Both the position numbers and the translations under genes were made by a program. This document shows positions 9,730 through 18,382 of a stretch of DNA of 64,000 bases, piece by piece (positions within the stretch are counted from its first letter, which is position 1; each line of letters opens with the position of its first letter). Source of the DNA: Candidatus Velthaea sp. (GTDB lineage Bacteria; Vulcanimicrobiota; Vulcanimicrobiia; Vulcanimicrobiales; Vulcanimicrobiaceae); NCBI GenBank assembly GCA_050012475.1, contig JBEKHC010000009.1, forward strand, positions 1 through 64,000, read 5' to 3'. The notes beneath the pieces were generated by a model. It was not told the origin of the DNA and made no database searches. It worked only from the letters and a program-made list of their open reading frames with translations.

Positions 9730-10760
9730 TTGGCCTTGCTGACGTCGTCGCCCCAGAGGCCGTACGCCTTCGCTTCGGCGCTATCCACATTCGCTTTGGT
9801 CAACAGCAAGTGCGGCCAATAGGCGTGCTGCGGGATGCCGGTCTTTTTCCCGCTTAGGTATTGAGCGATGTATTTCACCGACTGGGCCGCCATCGTGAGA
9901 GGGTTCTGCGACAGCGTCGCGTCGAGCGAGCCTTCGCGGATTGCGGTGAGAGCCTGTTCGGTCCCGTCGATGCCGACGACGATGATGTGTTTGGGATCGC
10001 CGATCGGGACGGCCCGGTTAGCCTGCCGGATCGCCCGCAGTGCACCGACGGCATTGTCGTCGTTGCCGTTGAAGACGGCATCGATCTGCGGGTTCGCCGT
10101 CATAATGCTCGTCATCGCGTTGAACGACTTCTCGGCGTCGAAACCGCCTTCCTGACGGGCCACGACCTTGAGATCGGGATTGGCTTTGGAGAGCGCTTCG
10201 ATTTCTTTGGTGAAACCCGCTTCGCGATCGTCGCCGGCCGTCGTCCCGATGAGGCCTTCGAGGTCGACCACGTTGCCTTTGACCGAACCGTAGCGCTTTT
10301 TGAGCTGCGCTGCGATGTAGTCGGCGCCCTCTTTTCCGAGCGCAATGTTGTTTGTCTCGAGGAAGTTGACCTGACACGGACCGCACGCTGCACCGCGGTC
10401 GAGCGTGAAGACCGGGATGCCCGCCTTATTGGCGGCTTTCACCGTCGGCACGATCGCTTCGGCGTTGATCGGATTGATCACCAGCGCGTCGACTTTGCGG
10501 TTGATGAGATCTTGAATCTGCGACGCTTGGGTATTCGCATCGCCTTGGGCCGACGTGTTGATCAGCGTCAATTGCGGATCGGCTTTGACGGCATCGACGA
10601 CGCCCTTGGTCATCCCTTGGAAAAATGGATTCGCCAGCGTCGCGACGCTGTAACCGACGGTATATTGCTTATCCGCAGCACGTGCGGGAACGACGCCGCT
10701 TGCCGTGACGGCAAGTAGTGCGGCAACTGCGGCTGTCGGGCGGAGAAGAGGTGCCATCAT
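9726..10760 (-). CDS. Sugar ABC transporter substrate-binding protein (RbsB-like)
   Basis: Signal peptide, LANPFF, NDDNAVGA, VGIDG; start taken at MMAPLL. Confidence 0.9.
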   Translation of the reverse strand: MMAPLLRPTAAVAALLAVTASGVVPARAADKQYTVGYSVATLANPFFQGMTKGVVDAVKADPQLTLINTSAQGDANTQASQIQDLINRKVDALVINPINAEAIVPTVKAANKAGIPVFTLDRGAACGPCQVNFLETNNIALGKEGADYIAAQLKKRYGSVKGNVVDLEGLIGTTAGDDREAGFTKEIEALSKANPDLKVVARQEGGFDAEKSFNAMTSIMTANPQIDAVFNGNDDNAVGALRAIRQANRAVPIGDPKHIIVVGIDGTEQALTAIREGSLDATLSQNPLTMAAQSVKYIAQYLSGKKTGIPQHAYWPHLLLTKANVDSAEAKAYGLWGDDVSKAK

Positions 10761-10865
10761 AAAAAAAACTCCGTCAAAGAGAAGTGCCGAACGAGGGGGC
10801 CGATCGGCGGCGGCCATGGCCATCCGGCGTCAAGTTTTGGGAGAAATGTTCTTGACCTGCCGGGC

Positions 10866-11127
10866 GCAACGGTTCTCGCGACCCGCCCGGCGCGCCCACG
10901 GGACGTGGCCTGCGCGCCGGTCGAGCAAGCGGCAAAGCCACTGGGTTCGTCGCCGCTTCGCTCGACGAATTCGCTCGACGAATTCGCTGGATTGCGCGAA
11001 GCGGCAACGGTTCTCGCGACCGCCCGGCGCACCCACGGGACGTGCCCTGCTCGCCGGTCGAGCAAGCGGCAAAGCCGCTAGGTTCGTCGTCGCTTCGCTC
11101 GACGAATTCGCTGGATTGCGCGAAGCG
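10866..11127. repeat. Two imperfect tandem copies of a ~125-138 bp GC-rich non-coding unit
   Basis: Copy 1 10866-11003, copy 2 11004-11127; both begin GCAACGGTTCTCGCGACC and end GGATTGCGCGAAGCG; copy 1 has an extra 13-bp internal duplication (CGACGAATTCGCT). Confidence 0.85.
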
Positions 11128-11232
11128 AAGTCCCCGCGTTCGGGCTTCGCCCAACCTGGAGGGTGAAGGCGTACCGAGCGGAGCCGAGGACACCCAAGCT
11201 GTCGTGGTTTGTCCGAGAGGTCGGAAAAACTT

Positions 11233-12540
11233 CTAGTCGCGTTCGATCATGAGTTTCAGGCTATGCGTCGCGCATGAGATACAGGGATCGTAGTTGCGAA
11301 TCGTCTGCTCGCAGCGCCAGCGAAGTTCTTCGTCGGGCAGCGTGATATTGGCCGAGACGACCCCGAGCAAATCGGCCTCGATTTGCTTTTGATTCTGCGA
11401 CGTCGGCGGCACGATGTTGGCTGCGAGAATGCGGCCTGCGGGGTCGAGGTCGTAGCGGTGATAGCACAAACCGCGCGGCGCTTCGGTCGCACCGCAGCCG
11501 TGACCGGCGCGAATCGTGATCGGAACGGACGGCGGGTCCGGCGGGACGTACGCGGCCACCAGCCGCCGGGCCTCCTCGAGCGCATACACGACCTCGAGCG
11601 CGCGCACGAGGATGCTTTTGAACGGATTGCGCACCACGCGCCCCAGCCCCGCCTCCTTTGCCAAACCTTTGACGAGCGGCGAAAGCTGATCGAAGTTGAG
11701 CGCGTAACGCGCCAGCGGACCCAGCAAGTACGGGCGATCGACGCCTTTCATCACGCCGTGCAGCGCGGTCGAGTGCGCGACGTGCTCTTCGCTGAAGATC
11801 GACTCGAATGCGGCGACGTCGAGATCGAGCCCGGTATTGGAGACGATGCGCCCGCGGTCGATCGCATATTCGGATGGATGATGAAGCGCCACGAAGACGT
11901 AGTCGTCTTCATACTCGGGGAAGGAGAAGTTGGAGAAGAAGTGGACCGTGTCGATCGCGCCGTCGAGCGCGCTTTCGAGCGGACCGTCGAGGGCGGCGAT
12001 GTCGGCCCGCGACGGCGCTTTGTAGAAGCCGCCGATGCGGGTGTTGACCGGATGCACGGCGCGGCCGCCGATCGTTTCCATCAACAGGTTGCCGACCTTC
12101 TTCACCTGCAGCGCGGACTCAACGACGCCGGGGTGGTCTTTGGCCATCTCAAAAGAATCTTGGTAGCCCAGAAAATCGGGCGCGTGCAACAGATTGGTAT
12201 GCAGCACGTGGCTTTGCACCCACTCGCCGCAATAGACCAAGCGCCGCAACGCGCGGATCGGCTCGCCGACGTTGGCGCCCAGCGCTTCTTCCATGGCGAG
12301 ACTGGCGCCCAGAATGTAGGCGATCGGACAAATGCCGCAAATGCGCGACGTGATGTCGGGTGCGTCGGTATAGGGCCGGCCGCGCAGCAGTGCCTCGAAA
12401 AAGCGAGGCGGCTCGAAGATGCGGAACGCGATGGTATCGACCTTCCCGCTCTTGACGCGGACGGTCATCGCGCCCTCGCCCTCGACGCGGGCGAGGGCGT
12501 TGACTTTGATCGTCCGGTTGCGGAGGTCATTTCCGTTCAT
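11233..12540 (-). CDS. hydA: Group 3b [NiFe] hydrogenase large (alpha) subunit
   Basis: ARVEGEG, EPPRFFE, L1 RICGIC, EAPRG, L2 YDPCISCATH plus a short C-terminal extension; ATG at 12540. Confidence 0.93.
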   Translation of the reverse strand: MNGNDLRNRTIKVNALARVEGEGAMTVRVKSGKVDTIAFRIFEPPRFFEALLRGRPYTDAPDITSRICGICPIAYILGASLAMEEALGANVGEPIRALRRLVYCGEWVQSHVLHTNLLHAPDFLGYQDSFEMAKDHPGVVESALQVKKVGNLLMETIGGRAVHPVNTRIGGFYKAPSRADIAALDGPLESALDGAIDTVHFFSNFSFPEYEDDYVFVALHHPSEYAIDRGRIVSNTGLDLDVAAFESIFSEEHVAHSTALHGVMKGVDRPYLLGPLARYALNFDQLSPLVKGLAKEAGLGRVVRNPFKSILVRALEVVYALEEARRLVAAYVPPDPPSVPITIRAGHGCGATEAPRGLCYHRYDLDPAGRILAANIVPPTSQNQKQIEADLLGVVSANITLPDEELRWRCEQTIRNYDPCISCATHSLKLMIERD

Positions 12541-13318
12541 GAGCGTCGCCTTCTTTGCGAAACGCGTCGGCGTTGGCGTTGAACGAGCGGTAGAGCTCCG
12601 CCAGCTCGCGCTCGCCCAGACCGAGCTCCTTGATCTGCTTGGTGAGGCTCGCCGTATTGGCACGTTCCTGCGGGCCAAAGCAGCCGTAACAGCCGCGGTT
12701 GTGACCCGGACAAAGGCTTCCGCATCCGGCATGCGTGACGGGACCTAGGCACGGCGTGCCGTGCGCGACCATCACGCAGACCTGGCCGCTGAGCTTGCAC
12801 TCGACGCAGACGCTGTGCGGCGAGATCAAGGGCTTGCGTTTATTGAGATACGCCGAGAGCACTTCGAGCAATTGATGCCGGTCGACCGGGCATCCGCGCA
12901 GCTCGAAATCGACTTTCACGTGATCGGCGATGGCGGTCGACGTGGCGAGGCTGTCGATGTATTCGGGCCGGGCGTACACCGCGCGCACGAAGCCGTCGAA
13001 GTCGCGGAAGTTGCGTAAGGCTTGAATTCCGCCCGACGTCGCGCAGGCGCCGATGGTGATGAGCGCGGCCGAACTGGCGCGAACCTTCTTGAGCCGTTCG
13101 ATATCATGCGCGTTGGCGATCGAGCCTTCGACGAGCGAAACGTCGTAGGGTCCATTCGATTGCGCGCGCGTGGCTTCAAGGAAATAGGCGATCTCGAACG
13201 CGCCGGCAACGGCTAAGAGTTCGTCTTCACAGTCGAGCAGGCTGAGCTGGCAGCCGTCGCACGAGGAGAATTTCCACACGGCCAGTTTGGGCCGCGTTCG
13301 GGCTTTCTTTAGGCGCAT
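12527..13318 (-). CDS. hydD: Group 3b [NiFe] hydrogenase small (delta) subunit
   Basis: KFSSCDGCQL, IGACATSGG, LRGCP, VCVECK, CLGPVTHAGC...C...RGCYGC. Confidence 0.92.
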   Translation of the reverse strand: MRLKKARTRPKLAVWKFSSCDGCQLSLLDCEDELLAVAGAFEIAYFLEATRAQSNGPYDVSLVEGSIANAHDIERLKKVRASSAALITIGACATSGGIQALRNFRDFDGFVRAVYARPEYIDSLATSTAIADHVKVDFELRGCPVDRHQLLEVLSAYLNKRKPLISPHSVCVECKLSGQVCVMVAHGTPCLGPVTHAGCGSLCPGHNRGCYGCFGPQERANTASLTKQIKELGLGERELAELYRSFNANADAFRKEGDAHERK

Positions 13319-13319
13319 G

Positions 13320-14219
13320 TCACAACTCCCGGATCGCGTAGATCTTCTCGATCGTGTCAAACCGGTAGACGGGGCCTTCCTTGCACATGAAGGTCGGGCC
13401 GAATTGGCAGTGACCGCAGAACCCGATCCCGCATTTCATGTTGCGCTCGAGCGTCACGAAAATACGATCGGTGGTCACGCCGCGATCTTGCAAGACCTGC
13501 ACGGCGGGCCGTGTCAGCGCCTCGGAACGGCACACGAACGCGACGGCATTTTCGCCGTCGAAGCGCGAAACCTTGATCGCCGCGGCGACGCTTCCGACCC
13601 GCCCGCGGTAGCCGCTGTGGGCCGTGTGCACCGTAACGTGCACTTCGAGATCGAACCGGCCGCGCCACATGTGCAGATCGCGTTCGAAGAGGATGTCGTC
13701 GGTGCCGCGCGAGCCATAGTTGATGATGACTTTGCCGTATTTTTCGCGCCGGTTCAACACTTCGTAAATGAGCGGCCGCAGCGGGGCCAGCCCGATCGTG
13801 CTGGTAATGAACACGACGTCTTTGCCGTATCCGGCCTCGACCGGCCAGGCCGATCCAAACGGCCCGCGCACCCCGATCATGGCCCCGGCGCGCAGTGCGG
13901 CCATCGCCTTGGTCACGGTGCCGACTTCGCGAATCGTATGCACGAGCGTCGTATGCTCGCGGCAGTCGCCGCTCACGCTGACCGCCACTTCACCGACGCC
14001 GGGCGCATACAGCATATTGAATTGGCCGGGCAGGAAGTTGAACGGTGCGCCGTCGAGCGGCTTGAGGTTCCAGCTGAAGCACCCCGCGACTTCGCTGCGG
14101 ACGCGTTCGATACGGAAGGGACGGGGAATCATCGGGTCGAGGTCCGGAGCGGCCCGGCGCACCGCCGGCGTGGGCGTTACGGGCTCCGCGATGGGAGTTA
14201 CGATGGTTCGGTTACGCAT
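13320..14219 (-). CDS. hydG: Sulfhydrogenase-type gamma subunit (FAD/NAD(P)-binding, [2Fe-2S])
   Basis: PGQFNML, RGPFG, LERNMKCGIGFCGHCQ...C..GPV; the NAD(P)-binding motifs are degenerate. Confidence 0.88.
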   Translation of the reverse strand: MRNRTIVTPIAEPVTPTPAVRRAAPDLDPMIPRPFRIERVRSEVAGCFSWNLKPLDGAPFNFLPGQFNMLYAPGVGEVAVSVSGDCREHTTLVHTIREVGTVTKAMAALRAGAMIGVRGPFGSAWPVEAGYGKDVVFITSTIGLAPLRPLIYEVLNRREKYGKVIINYGSRGTDDILFERDLHMWRGRFDLEVHVTVHTAHSGYRGRVGSVAAAIKVSRFDGENAVAFVCRSEALTRPAVQVLQDRGVTTDRIFVTLERNMKCGIGFCGHCQFGPTFMCKEGPVYRFDTIEKIYAIREL

Positions 14220-14665
14220 TCGACCAGCCGTTCTCGGGCGCTCGAAAGCCGGCGGGCCATCACCGGAATGAAACGTTTCATAACTTCATAACCTAAAATC
14301 GGATCGCTGGCGAAGCGCTCGCGCAATGCAGCGGCGTCGATGTCGATCAGCGACGACGGCTCGACGGCGCGCGCATCGAATCCCCAGCGGTACGGCGCGA
14401 CGAGCCATGACCAGCCGACGACGTCACCGTCGTAAACCTGCTCGACGACGATCGGGTCGCGTCCGGGCGCGTAGAGTTCGACGGCGACGAGCCCGCTCTT
14501 TACCAAATAAAAATGGTCGGCGCGATCGCCCTGCCGGAACAGCAGTTCGTCGATGCCGGCTTTGCGTTCAGCCGTGAGTTCGCCGATCGTCGCGGCGACG
14601 TTCTCGGGGACGCTCGCGAAAAAACCTTGCTCGACTAAGAGACTGGCCATGCTCGACGTGCTCAT
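14198..14665 (-). CDS. Cyclic-nucleotide-binding (Crp-like) domain protein without an HTH
   Basis: [19 protein letters not shown]...[17 protein letters not shown]; overlaps both neighbours in the operon. Confidence 0.88.
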   Translation of the reverse strand: MSTSSMASLLVEQGFFASVPENVAATIGELTAERKAGIDELLFRQGDRADHFYLVKSGLVAVELYAPGRDPIVVEQVYDGDVVGWSWLVAPYRWGFDARAVEPSSLIDIDAAALRERFASDPILGYEVMKRFIPVMARRLSSARERLVECVTEPS

Positions 14666-15822
14666 GTCTTCTCCCCAGATCCCGATCCGGCCGGCGCGGC
14701 GGCTCCGGCGGCGATTGCCGCGACCTCCTCCGTGATGTCGATGCCCACCGGGCACCAGCTGATGCAGCGTCCGCATCCGACACAGCCGCTGCTGTCGAAT
14801 TGATCGTGCCAGTGTGCGAGCTTGTGTGTGAGCCACTGGCGGTAGCGCGAAGCGCCATCGCGGCGAACGCTGCCGCCGTGAATATAGCTGAATTCGAGCG
14901 TAAAACAGCTGTCCCAGCGCCGCTCGCGCCCGATGTGGTCGCCCGTAAGGTCGGTGACGTCCTCGACCGTGCTGCAGAAGCACGTGGGACAAACCAGCGT
15001 GCAGTTGGTGCAGGCCAAGCAGCGCTTGGCCACGTCGGCCCACCGCGGATGCTCGAGATTCGCCTTGAGGACGTGCTCGGCGTCGGGGTGCATCTCGCGG
15101 ACTTGGCTGGTTGCCGCTTTTTCGACCGCGGCATCGGCCGCCACGAGGTCAGCCGGCTCGGCTTGCCGCTGCGCGACGCGCGCGAGCAACGCAGCGCCAC
15201 GCTTGCTGCCGATTTCGACCACGAATTCGTGCCGGTCGTGGGTGCACAACTCGGTGAGCGCCAAATCATAGCCGGCTCGCGCCTTGGGTCCGGTCTTCAT
15301 CGAGACGCAAAAGCACGTTCCCGTCGAGCGTCCGCAATTGACCGCGATGATGAAAAGTGCGGCGCGGCGCGCCGCGTATCCGGCGTCGACGAAGGGGCCT
15401 TCGAGAAAGACGCGATCCTGGATCGCGATAGCCGCCAGTTCGCATGCGCGCACACCCAAAAGCGCGGTGGGGGGCGCCTCGATCGGCGCCGGTTCGATCG
15501 AAAACTGCGAACCTTGCCGTTCGCCTTGCCACAGCTTCTGGCGCGGGGGGAAGAGGATGCGTTTCCAGCCCTGCGGCCCCACCGTGTGCGAGAAGACCGA
15601 TTGATCCGGTCCACGGACCAGCCGGTAGCGCCCCGGCTCTTGTTCATCGAGCCATCCCGCGGGGAGGGCGTCGCCGCTTTCGAGCGTTTCGTAGACGATC
15701 GCGCCGTCGACAGCCTGGGGGCCGACTACGCGGTAACCCTCGGCCCGCAATACTTCGATGAGCGTATCCAAACCGGCCCGCTCGATGACCACGGATTGCT
15801 CGCCGATGTCCGCCTCGTGCAT
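14662..15822 (-). CDS. hydB: Sulfhydrogenase-type beta subunit (4Fe-4S dicluster)
   Basis: [45 protein letters not shown]. Confidence 0.92.
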   Translation of the reverse strand: MHEADIGEQSVVIERAGLDTLIEVLRAEGYRVVGPQAVDGAIVYETLESGDALPAGWLDEQEPGRYRLVRGPDQSVFSHTVGPQGWKRILFPPRQKLWQGERQGSQFSIEPAPIEAPPTALLGVRACELAAIAIQDRVFLEGPFVDAGYAARRAALFIIAVNCGRSTGTCFCVSMKTGPKARAGYDLALTELCTHDRHEFVVEIGSKRGAALLARVAQRQAEPADLVAADAAVEKAATSQVREMHPDAEHVLKANLEHPRWADVAKRCLACTNCTLVCPTCFCSTVEDVTDLTGDHIGRERRWDSCFTLEFSYIHGGSVRRDGASRYRQWLTHKLAHWHDQFDSSGCVGCGRCISWCPVGIDITEEVAAIAAGAAAPAGSGSGEKT

Positions 15823-16011
15823 CACTCTCACTTATACGCCTTTCGAGGTTCAGCGTCAGCTACATACGACGGGTTTTCCTCTTCGCACAGCGGTTCCCGG
15901 ATCGAGCGTCCGCGCGCACGGAGGCCCGCGCGGCATCGCGCTCTCTGCCGCTGCCCAACGCTACGGAAGCTGCGGCCGCGGCGCGGTCCGCTTCGGCGAC
16001 CGAGACAATTG

Positions 16012-16039
16012 TAAAGTCAGGCCGGCTGCGGGCCGATAC
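16012..16039 (+). promoter_or_regulatory. Putative sigma-28 (FliA/SigD) promoter
   Basis: TAAA-N16-GCCGATAC, ending 9 nt before the ATG at 16048. Confidence 0.55.
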
Positions 16040-16047
16040 AGAAAAGT

Positions 16048-16419
16048 ATGGCGATCAACGTGGCTGGAACCAACGCACTGGGCGACTACCTCGTAAGCCA
16101 AATCGCCAACACGCGGACACTCATCGATGGCGCCACGGCCGACACGAGTTCGTCGCCGTTCGGGGCTGCGCTGGCCGCCGAGACCGCGACGCCGCAGCAA
16201 CCGTTGAGTACGACGGCTCTGCAGGCACAAGTGAGCGCCGACAATCTCGCCAACACGCAGATGCTCGTGGGCCAAAGCGGCACTTCCGACGCCGAAACGC
16301 TGGCGACAATTCCGGGTGAGAGTTCGCTTGAGGCTGCGCAGCTGGCCTCGCAGTTTTCGACGGCCACGACCTTATTGGGCTCGAACGCGATCGGTACGAA
16401 TACAAATACGACCGCTTAG
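16048..16419 (+). CDS. Hypothetical A/T/S/Q-rich protein, possibly motility-associated
   Basis: Coherent 123-aa ORF; VSADNLAN segment and a C-terminal GTNTNTTA tail; sigma-28-like promoter upstream. Confidence 0.65.
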   Translation: MAINVAGTNALGDYLVSQIANTRTLIDGATADTSSSPFGAALAAETATPQQPLSTTALQAQVSADNLANTQMLVGQSGTSDAETLATIPGESSLEAAQLASQFSTATTLLGSNAIGTNTNTTA

Positions 16420-16440
16420 TAGCGGTCGTACTTGTATTCG
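16397..16440. terminator. Long hairpin (20-bp arms, 1 mismatch, 4-nt loop) between convergent genes
   Basis: CGAATACAAATACGACCGCT-TAGT-AGCGGTCGTACTTGTATTCG; the loop contains the stop codon of 16048..16419. Confidence 0.55.
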
Positions 16441-16507
16441 CGAGCTTGACTAGGAACGTCGAGGGCATTTCTCTACTCGCGCCCGTCGATCGTACTATCG
16501 GTACGAC

Positions 16508-16744
16508 TTAGATTCCGCCGCCAAGTAAAGGCTCGACCTCGGCCCACGTTACGGGGCTGGACCAGGCTTCCGTCGCTTGATTGGAACTCGACGAACTCGT
16601 TGCCATACCGGCGTTCGTGCTCGTAGGCGAGGTCGAAGGCGATGTCGCCGTTTGCGCCGACGCGGCTACTCCTACGGAGAGCAGTCCGGAGGCCAGCGCG
16701 CCTGCGATGACCAACTTTTGGACCGTTCTCATACTGCTGCTCAT
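16508..16744 (-). CDS. Small secreted S/T-rich hypothetical protein
   Basis: Signal peptide ending ASA, S/T linker, C-terminal WSSPVTWAEVEPLLGGGI; GGGAG upstream. Confidence 0.65.
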   Translation of the reverse strand: MSSSMRTVQKLVIAGALASGLLSVGVAASAQTATSPSTSPTSTNAGMATSSSSSNQATEAWSSPVTWAEVEPLLGGGI

Positions 16745-16987
16745 GTTTTTCTGTGATCTCCCTGTGTTTTGTTTCGTCCGATGCGAAAAGGACCTTACGC
16801 AGCCGGATTCGGCTCGGCGTTCGCGCTAACAGCGAGTGGGACTCGGCGCGCGTTGTGATCCCGCATCACGCCGTGAAATGTACCCATTTTTCACAACGCA
16901 ATGAAGCCAACGTGGACTAGACTACAAGCCTGTAGTTGGCCGTATAGCCGTATATCTGATGATCGGCACGCTCATCGGCTCCGGCAA

Positions 16988-17230
16988 TCAGCGACGCTCC
17001 GCTTGCTGCTCCGCAAAATCATCCCACCATTGTTCGAGCGCCGCCTCACGATGCGTTTCAACACAGCGCATACGTTCAGCCCAGCTCATCACGCGGCGGC
17101 ACGGAACGACGACGATCTTAGGCCGCGTCCAGCGCGGGATGTCGAGTGCGTGGGACGCTTCGGAGACCGGCGGTCGCCAGCCGAACAAAGCGATCAGACA
17201 GAAAACAATCGCGCAAACGAAAATCTTCAT
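16988..17230 (-). CDS. Small hypothetical protein with a hydrophobic N-terminus
   Basis: ATG after GGAAAGGG; signal/TM-like N-terminus. Confidence 0.4.
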   Translation of the reverse strand: MKIFVCAIVFCLIALFGWRPPVSEASHALDIPRWTRPKIVVVPCRRVMSWAERMRCVETHREAALEQWWDDFAEQQAERR

Positions 17231-17834
17231 GTCGCCCTTTCCCCGGTCGGATGAATGCTAGGACCCATTGTTTTGGGCCAGTACTCAACCGTCGCCTTTT
17301 TCGAAGCCCGAGTCGGCTCCCCGGCGTGCGAAGCCCTCAACGTGCAGGGGACGTACAGGCGCTCGTTTGACTTGCCGCCGCGCTGAGGTGGACCGCCCCG
17401 CCGTCGGGCTTTCGGCGTTCGACGCCTGCAAGGGGTCGATTGCATCGGGGTGCTGCCCGTAAACGGTCAGAGACGGTTCCCTTCATTATGCACGGTCAAC
17501 GAATAGCGCGAAGTGCGGTCAGCGGCCCGTGATCCATCGTGCGAACCCGGGCGAATCGCCAGGTTTACCGTGCGATAGCGCGTCCATCTCCAAGGCGGTC
17601 TTCTGTCGATTTCAGAGGCAATCTTCTGCGGGGGATTGGCGTTCGAACGAAGCTGTTTGCATGGCATCAACCGGCATTTCCACTTTCCGTTTCCAACTGT
17701 CGCGATGCGTGTCACGAGTTGCGGGTTCGATAGTCCGATAATTGCTTGTCTTCACCGAACCCAGGTACGCTCGACAACGACAGTCGGAACCTGTGCGACG
17801 AAGCGAGTGCGATCTTCAGGTGAGCCGCTTGCCT

Positions 17835-18161
17835 TTATTTGAGGTGCGGCATTCTGGCTTCGGCCTCGATCAGGCCGCTCTCGACGAGCACAATCTCGAA
17901 TTCAGCGGCACCGATCCGGTACTTTCGCACTTCTTGGTAGGCTGGACTCTCATACCATCGCGTCGCGAGTTCCATTGAGGGAAACTCGACCAGGACAACG
18001 CCCTCTACTGCACCAGGCCCCTCGAGCGATCTTATCTGAGTATAGACCGCTAGCAGCTTAGCGTCGAAGCCCTGGAAGGTCGGTCTTTAATGTGCCCAAT
18101 ATTGTTCGAGCTTACGGCGATCGGAGACGCCGCGGCAGATCGATATTAGATAAGCAGACAT
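17835..18161 (-). pseudogene. DUF1330 family pseudogene (absent from the ORF track)
   Basis: Manual translation gives MSAYLISIC...YWAH*RPTF...VVLVEFPSMELATRWYESPAYQEVRKYR; in-frame TAA at 18087-18089. Confidence 0.8.
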
Positions 18162-18382
18162 AGATAGCTCCGTTCGTGACTAGCAAGGCACTGCATCTTC
18201 ATCTCCGGCTCTAAACCGGCTCTGGTTTGCGGTCTTGCCGGCAGCGGAATCTACGGCTAATGATTGGGGAATGTCTGCCAGACGAGCATCGGGCTCGACA
18301 GCGCCCAGAGCACTCCCTGTACCCGGCCCAATGTCGGATCTGACCGCGCTTGGCGCGAGTTGGTTTGTGCTTTTGGCTTACA

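Noticed and set aside
10866..11127. Possible CRISPR array
   Set aside because: Only two long head-to-tail units, no unique spacers and no cas genes.
11233..12732. ORF-track starts for the hydrogenase large subunit (12732), cNMP protein (15043), VOC (56912) and NmrA (31269)
   Set aside because: These N-terminal extensions overlap neighbouring genes; downstream starts fit the family N-termini better.
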